Shown here piece by piece: positions 34,301 through 64,000 of a stretch of 64,000 nucleotides of DNA. Position 1 is the stretch's first letter. Each line of letters starts with the position of its first letter. A program made the position numbers and the translations under genes. The stretch is from NCBI GenBank assembly GCA_020137815.1, contig CM035353.1, positions 6,138,001-6,202,000 of the forward strand. Reading direction: 5' to 3'. Under the pieces are notes generated by a model. That model was not told where the DNA came from, searched no databases, and worked only from the letters and a program-made list of their open reading frames with translations. The DNA comes from Hormiphora californensis (taxonomy: Eukaryota > Animalia > Ctenophora).

Positions 34301-37300
34301 GTGAGATGGGGTCTAACTCTAGCCCCTGGTTACCCCCCCTCTAACTCTAGCTCCTATCAGGTGGGGTGAGATGGGGTCTAACTCTAGCCCCTGGTTAACC
34401 ACCCTCTAACTCTAGCTCCTATCAGGTGGGGTGAGATGGGGTCTAACTCTAGCTCCTGGTTACCCACCCTCTAACTCTAGCTCCTATCAGGTGGGGTGAG
34501 ATGGGGTCTAACTCTAGCCCCTGGTTACCCACCCTCTAACTCTAGCTCCTATCAGGTGGTGTGAGATGGGGTCTAACTCTAGCTCCTGGTTACCCACCCT
34601 CTAACTCTAGCTCCTATCAGGTGGGGTGAGATGGGGTCTAACTCTAGCCCCTGGTTACCCACCCTCTAACTCTAGCTCCTATCAGGTGGGGTGAGATGGG
34701 GTCTAACTCTAGCCCCTGGTTACCACCCCCCTCTAACTCTAGCTCCTATCAGGTGGGGTGAGATGGGGTCTAACTCTAGCTCCTGGTTACCCACTCTCTA
34801 ACTCTAGCTCCTATCAGGTGGGGTGAGATGGGGTCTAACTCTAGCCCCTGGTTACCCCCCCTCTAACTCTAGCTCCTATCAGGTGGGGTGAGATGGGGTC
34901 TAACTCTAGCCCCTGGTTACCCCCCCCCTCTAACTCTAGCTCCTATCAGGTGGGGTGAGATGGGGTCTAACTCTAGCTCCTGGTTACCCACCCTCTAACT
35001 CTAGCTCCTATCAGGTGGTGTGAGATGGGGTCTAACTCTAGCCCCTGGTTACCCACCCTCTAACTCTAGCTCTTATTAGGTGGGGTGAGATGGGGTCTAA
35101 CTCTAGCCCCTGGTTCCCCACCCTCTAACTCTAGCTCTTATTAGGTGGGGTGAGATGGGGTCTAACTCTAGCCCCTGGTTACCCACCCTCTAACTCTAGC
35201 TCCCATCAGGTGGTGTGAGATGGGGTCTAACTCTAGCCCCTGGTTACCCACCCTCTAACTCTAGCTCCTATCAGGTGGGGTGAGATGGGGTCTTACTCTA
35301 GCCCCTGGTTACCCACCCTCTAACTCTAGCTCCCATCAGGTGGGGTGAGATGGGGTCTTACTCTAGCCCCTGGTTACCCACCCTCTAACTCTAGCTCCTA
35401 TCAGGTGGGGTGAGATGGGGTCTTACTCTAGCCCCTGGTTACCCACCCTCTAACTCTAGCTCCTATCAGGTGGGGTGAGATGGGGTCTAACTCTAGCCCC
35501 TGATTACCCCCCTCTAACTCTAGCTCCTATCAGGTGGGGTGAGATGGGGTCTAACTCTAGCCCCTGGTTACCCACCCTCTAACTCTAGCTCCTATCAGGT
35601 GGGGTGAGATGGGGTCTAACTCTAGCCCCTGGTTACCCCCCCCCCTCTAACTCTAGCTCCCATCAGGTGGGGTGAGATGGGGTCTTACTCTAGCCCCTGG
35701 TTACCCACCCTCTAACTCTAGCTCCTATCAGGTGGGGTGAGATGGGGTCTAACTCTAGCCCCTGGTTAACCACCCTCTAACTCTAGCTCCTATCAGGTGG
35801 GGTGAGATGGGGTCTAACTCTAGCCCCTGGTTACCCCCCCTCTAACTCTAGCTCCTATCAGGTGGTGTGAGATGGGGTCTAACTCTAGCCCCTGGTTACC
35901 CACCTCTAACTCTAGCCCCTGGTTACCCACCCTCTAACTCTAGCTCCTATCAGGTGGGGTGAGATGGGGTCTAACTCTAGCCCCTGGTTACCCACCCTCT
36001 AACTCTAGCTCTTATTAGGTGGGGTGAGATGGGGTCTAACTCTAGCCCCTGGTTACCCACCCCTCTAACTCTAACTCCTATCAGGTGGGGTTGTTGTTTG
36101 TGCCTCCCACTTCCAATCCCACGGCTGCTTCATGGTCCAGCGTGACCAGATCATCAACCCGAAGGTGAGATCAAGATTCATAGATATGTATCCCAGATCG
36201 GTCAGCTTTCGTTTCCTGAGGTCACAACACACACAAGGTGTCGTTTCCCCAGGAGGCGGAGCTTCCTTCTCCATGACCTCTGGATCATAAAGCATGTTGC
36301 TGTGGTTTTGCACCCGTACTTTATTGTACAGGTCTTGGGTTTCACTCATAACGGTGGTTCCCTTTATAAGAGATGTAGCTTTGGACAGGATGAAAGCGGC
36401 CTTTGGACAGAGGTTACTTTCATTTTTGCGTACTTACCCTCTGGTTTAACGAACCAGTACATCCCGTTTGGGTTAACGGGCAGGGGTTTTGGCCCCTGTG
36501 GGTATTACGTCCCCTCCGATCTTGTTTTGTTTGTTGAGCCCCTTTCCTCCCCATCTTAGCGGAATCGGTTGCTTCTCTTTATTAGTTTTGCGAGTTTGTT
36601 TAGGTTAAAGTGTCTCGTTTCAGATTTGTATGATTTTTCTCTTATTGTTTACTCACAATAAGAGGCGTCCGAGTTTATGTTTTGCCTCATCGAGGTCCGG
36701 GCAAAACATGAGGACATGTTCTGAGTTCTCTTTTACCTTACACGGTGTGCAATTTGGGTCGATTTTGTTGTCTTTGATTTGTTGGGCTGATGCCAGCTTG
36801 TTTGTCCTGATATGGCTTGTGTTAGTTGTCTTAGGCTTTTTGTCTTTATCATGTTGTACTGTTTGTATAGTTTTGGTAGTACTGCTGTAGTGAAAACGTT
36901 ATACTTTTTCGTTTGTATTTCTTTTAAGATAGTTTTATTTAAGTGTATCGAGATGATAGGTTACTAGTCATTTAATAGTTTAAATTTGATATGTCTGGTC
37001 GTCACTCCATTCAAGAGAGGTATGCGTAGTAACTCCCCGAATGACGTGGGCTACGAAAGAAGTACCATGATGGTTTTTCTCCTACTCAGTCTGGAATTTT
37101 GCTGAGTAGTGGTCCCAGATATCCCTTTATCCTGACCCAAGGCTGGGCAGCCAAGTCTGGGCGGTCAGGAGGGTGGTATGCCACCAGCTTGGAATTCCCT
37201 TTATCCTGACCCAAGGCTGGGAGGTCAGGAGGGTGGTATGCCACCAGCTTGGATATCCCTTTATCCTGACCCAAGGCTGGGAGGTCAGGAGGGTGATGTG

Positions 37301-38978
37301 CCATCTTCTGTTTCTCCCACCCTTTGCCTGATGGGCTTTAATGGCAAAGGACGGGTTTTGGCCGGTATTTAGCCAGTCTACTTTGGCCCAGTGCACAAGG
37401 CTGGGGAGATGGTGTAATACCGGCCGGGGGTATCTCTAGTCAGAGAGAGATGAGTCATGAGCGGATTAGAGAAAGGAAAAGAGAAAAACACACCATCCAA
37501 GGAGGGCAGCTCTGTTTCCTTGGAGTGGTATGTGAGATGCTCCAGGCAGTTCAAGAGCTTCATGGTTTACCCCGGGGTATGCCGGGTCACCCCTGAAGAT
37601 TCCCTGTCTGGTCTGTAGGACACTATTGCTATCTAAAATAATAGACATTAGCCGCGGCCTGCATCTCAAGGGCGTGGGAAGGAATCTCACCATCCTATCA
37701 GGTGGGGTGAGATGGGGTCTAACTCTAGCCCCTGGTCAGCCCCCTCTAACTCTACCTCCTATCAGGTGGGGTGAGATGGGGTCTAACTCTAGCCCCTGGT
37801 TACCCACCCTCTAACTCTAGCTCCTATCAGGTGGGGTGAGATGGGGTCTAACTCTAGCCCCTGCTTACCCCCCTCTAACTCTAGCTCCTATCAGGTGGGG
37901 TGAGATGGGGTCTAACTCTAGCCCCTGGTTACCCACCCTCTAACTCTAGCTCCTATCAGGTGGGGTGAGATGGGGTCTAACTCTAGCCCCTGGTTACCCC
38001 CCCCCTCTAACTCTAGCTCCCATCAGGTGGGGTGAGATGGGGTCTTACTCTAGCCCCTGGTTACCCACCCTCTAACTCTAGCTCCTATCAGGTGGGGTAA
38101 GATGGGGTCTAACTCTAGCCCCTGATTACCCCCCTCTAACTCTAGCTCCTATCAGGTGGTGTGAGATGGGGTCTAACTCTAGCCCCTGGTTACCCCCCTC
38201 TAACTCTAGCTCCTATCAGGTGGGGTGAGATGGGGTCTAACTCTAGCCCCTGCTTACCCCCCTCTAACTCTAGCCCCTGGTTAGCCACCCCCTCTCTAAC
38301 ACTTCTCATTCCAGGTGGGGTGAGATGGGGTCTAACTCTAGCCCCTGGTTACCCCCCTCTAACTCTAGCTCCTATCAGGTGGGGTGAGATGGGGTCTAAC
38401 TCTATCGCCGGGATCTGGTCAGCCACCTGATTGGAAAAACCTGAGCTACAGTGTGACACCATCCCTTTTAGCCTGGTCCGGGCTCCTAATACAGGCACCC
38501 CTTGGGTAAGTGGCATGTTCTAGTTGACTATATTATATGAATCGCCATGTCAATATATACATATGATAAATGGCGGTTAATTTATAGGTGACGATAACAC
38601 CATGGTGGTTGATACTTGATAGATATTATATTGTCAGCTGCCCTGACAGTAACATCATAGCGCCGCATCGGTGCGCAGGGGACATTCTTTTAGTTTTGAA
38701 AATCAAAGTCATTTGATAGACAACTATATTCAAATGATCTCTCCTGCAGGTATATACCAGTTACAGGTGGCCTCCTCCTGGCCGGTACTGTCGACCTCCT
38801 ATGGACGGGATACCCAGCTTGGTTCAAAGTCCTCCGTCTCATCCTATCAGCAGGGGCTCTATCCAGTATCGGTATACTACTGTGGGTCAAGCAGATGGAG
38901 GAGAGTGATTTGGGGGTTAAACAGCAGATCAGGGATTATAGGGCGAAATGGGTGGCTTGGAGAGACAGTGAACCGTGA
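31398..38978 (+). CDS. TMEM69: Transmembrane protein 69 (DUF3429 family), spliced
   Basis: Exons 31398-31414 (tentative), 32307-32497, 32579-32701, 38379-38505, 38750-38978 join in phase: ..AFSLGLSGLIPF..LAYAATILSFIGGVRWGLTL..PPDWKNLSYSVTPSLLAWSGLL..DLLWTGYPAWFKVLRLILS; Arg/Ser-rich N-terminus resembles a mitochondrial transit peptide. Confidence 0.9.
31489..32270 (+). mobile_element. Long (782-bp) family A MITE with internal ~240-bp hairpin and a second internal TIR end at 32048
   Basis: CAGTCGGACCCCGATTTAAC ... GGGGTCCGACTG with TA flanks; inverted arms ~31600-31702 / 31743-31845. Confidence 0.85.
32913..38404 (+). repeat. ~65-bp minisatellite (roughly 55-60 units) made of the TMEM69 3' splice site plus exon start; interrupted at 36092-37692
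   Basis: Unit ctctaactctagctcctatcag|gtggggtgagatggggtctaactctagcccctggttacccacc; the last unit runs into the coding exon at 38379. Confidence 0.95.
36092..37692 (-). mobile_element. Decayed non-LTR retrotransposon-derived insertion within the minisatellite
   Basis: zf-RVT-like IDPNCTPCKVKENSEHVLMFCPDL at ~36770-36690; flanked by the 16-bp direct repeat tcctatcaggtggggt; internal 3-copy ~58-68-bp repeat at 37118-37300. Confidence 0.6.
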
Positions 38979-40491
38979 TTGTTACCATGGTTACGCAATC
39001 TAGCGAACATTGATTGTGGACTGAGAGTGTGTGCTTTGAGGCGGGAATTTGTTAGCTGATATAATATAATGAGTAAAGTAATGATATTGAAAACTGTCAA
39101 ACATACAGAAGAACACTTTGTATACATTTGTAGTGATAATTTATTTGGTACCTTTGAACTCCGTCTTTTTATTTCACCGATTCGATACCTAAATCAGTCG
39201 GCCGTTTCAAACTCAAGCACCTTCTGTTTCACGGGGTTGTTTCTGGCATTGCAAAAATACTAATAATAATGTCAAGATGATGCATTGTATGATTAAATAA
39301 CCGGTTTCTGGTATTGTGAATTGGAATGGTTATTGTTTGCCCGGATAGCACCACGAAACCATCGCTTCAAGTTGTCACAATTTACAGGCACACTTTGACA
39401 GAGGACATCTGTGTAACGCGCTGTGTCATAGATACAGGTAAAAAACACAGAACCGCCGCGCGGTAAGCTGAGCCGCGCAGAAACCGTGGGAATTCAGCTT
39501 CAACCGGATCCCCAGTTCCTGGCTATTTGGTGGTCCACAGTCCAAACCGACCCCGGCTCCAGGAAGACCGGTAAGGATCTGGCGCCGTGAGACAGATATT
39601 GCTTGAACGGCTCAGTGAACACGCTCGGATTTCTTGAGATGGTCTCTTCACGCTCGATTGGAAATGGAGGAGTGAGAACAGTGGTCCCAAATTGAAATAG
39701 AAGAAACCCCCGAGATTTTTAGATTCTTGCAAGTTAATTGATCAAAATAAAACAATCATTCTTTTTAAAAACCTAAAATAAATTAGTATCTATACCAGGA
39801 GGCGTTAAAACCACCACTCAATATGACAAAAAGTTTTAACCAGAAAAAACATCCCTACTACACAATCATATCAAACAATGCCTTGATAATGATGTCTCTC
39901 AATCACACATTATGTATAAAAAGAGAGGGGAAAGAAGAGGTGGATCGGTGGAAAACAATTGTCATGACCAACTACACAACTGAACTTTGCAAAAAGATAC
40001 CGGCTTTATGATCAATACTGAAGACCTGAGACCATTCTTGTTCTTCTTTCCTCTCTCTTCCTCTCTCGCTCTTCCTGTCTCTCAGTCTCGAGCCTAATAA
40101 CAAGACTGGAAAAGATTACTCTCTCGCCTAACTAATAATAGTAAAACACAGGGTGTCTCTCATTATCTCAGCCACATCACTTAATTATATCATGCCAACA
40201 ATTAAATGGGCTATCTTTTCCCAGTCACAATATTCGACGCCCTCAATTTCAGGGAGTGAGTAACAGATTTCAAAAGAATGATTGACGTTGGAGGGGGTCA
40301 AAACTCTCGCTCTAAAACACAAAATTGTAGTTTTATACTAACCCACGGACATAATAAAAAACTCTCTCTCCTGCTCTCTCTCTCTCACACAAGAATCACA
40401 GTTTACCCTTGCATTTACAGCTGGGATTCATGAATATATAATAAGATTAATAATTATTTAACAACTAAATCTATTGTCCTATCCCCCTGGG

Positions 40492-64000
<23,509 letters not shown>

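Noticed and set aside
32913-38404. CRISPR-like array
   Set aside because: Units are contiguous near-identical repeats without unique spacers; eukaryotic intron, no cas genes. The same applies to the 68-, 41- and 19-bp arrays.

Overview
Eukaryotic (animal) genomic DNA. It is probably a ctenophore of the Pleurobrachia/Hormiphora type; I infer this from recalled repeat families and the nested-gene architecture, and have not verified it. The left ~31 kb is a graveyard of fragmented mobile elements: CACTA/EnSpm-type and hAT-type transposase remnants, a SWIM/MULE remnant, a Helitron 3' end, RecQ-like helicase pieces, many TIR MITEs and local duplications. It also holds C2H2-finger and PRDM-like PR/SET exon fragments and one intact small Shisa/WBP1-like PY-motif membrane gene. 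The right ~33 kb holds a spliced TMEM69 gene (+) and the 3' part of a large LDL-receptor-related gene (-, more than 20 exons, continuing past 64000). An intronless LDLa-7TM GPCR gene (+) is nested antisense in one intron of the LRP-like gene. Three signals stand out. (1) Many introns are inflated by tandem repeats built on the splice sites themselves; the extreme case is a ~5.5-kb array in TMEM69 where every 65-bp unit is a complete GT...CTAAC...CAG mini-intron joined AG|GT. (2) The LRP-like receptor has two tandem, phase-matched, apparently mutually exclusive transmembrane exons. (3) The nested LDLa-GPCR has no LRRs. All exon boundaries were read by eye and may be off by a few bases.
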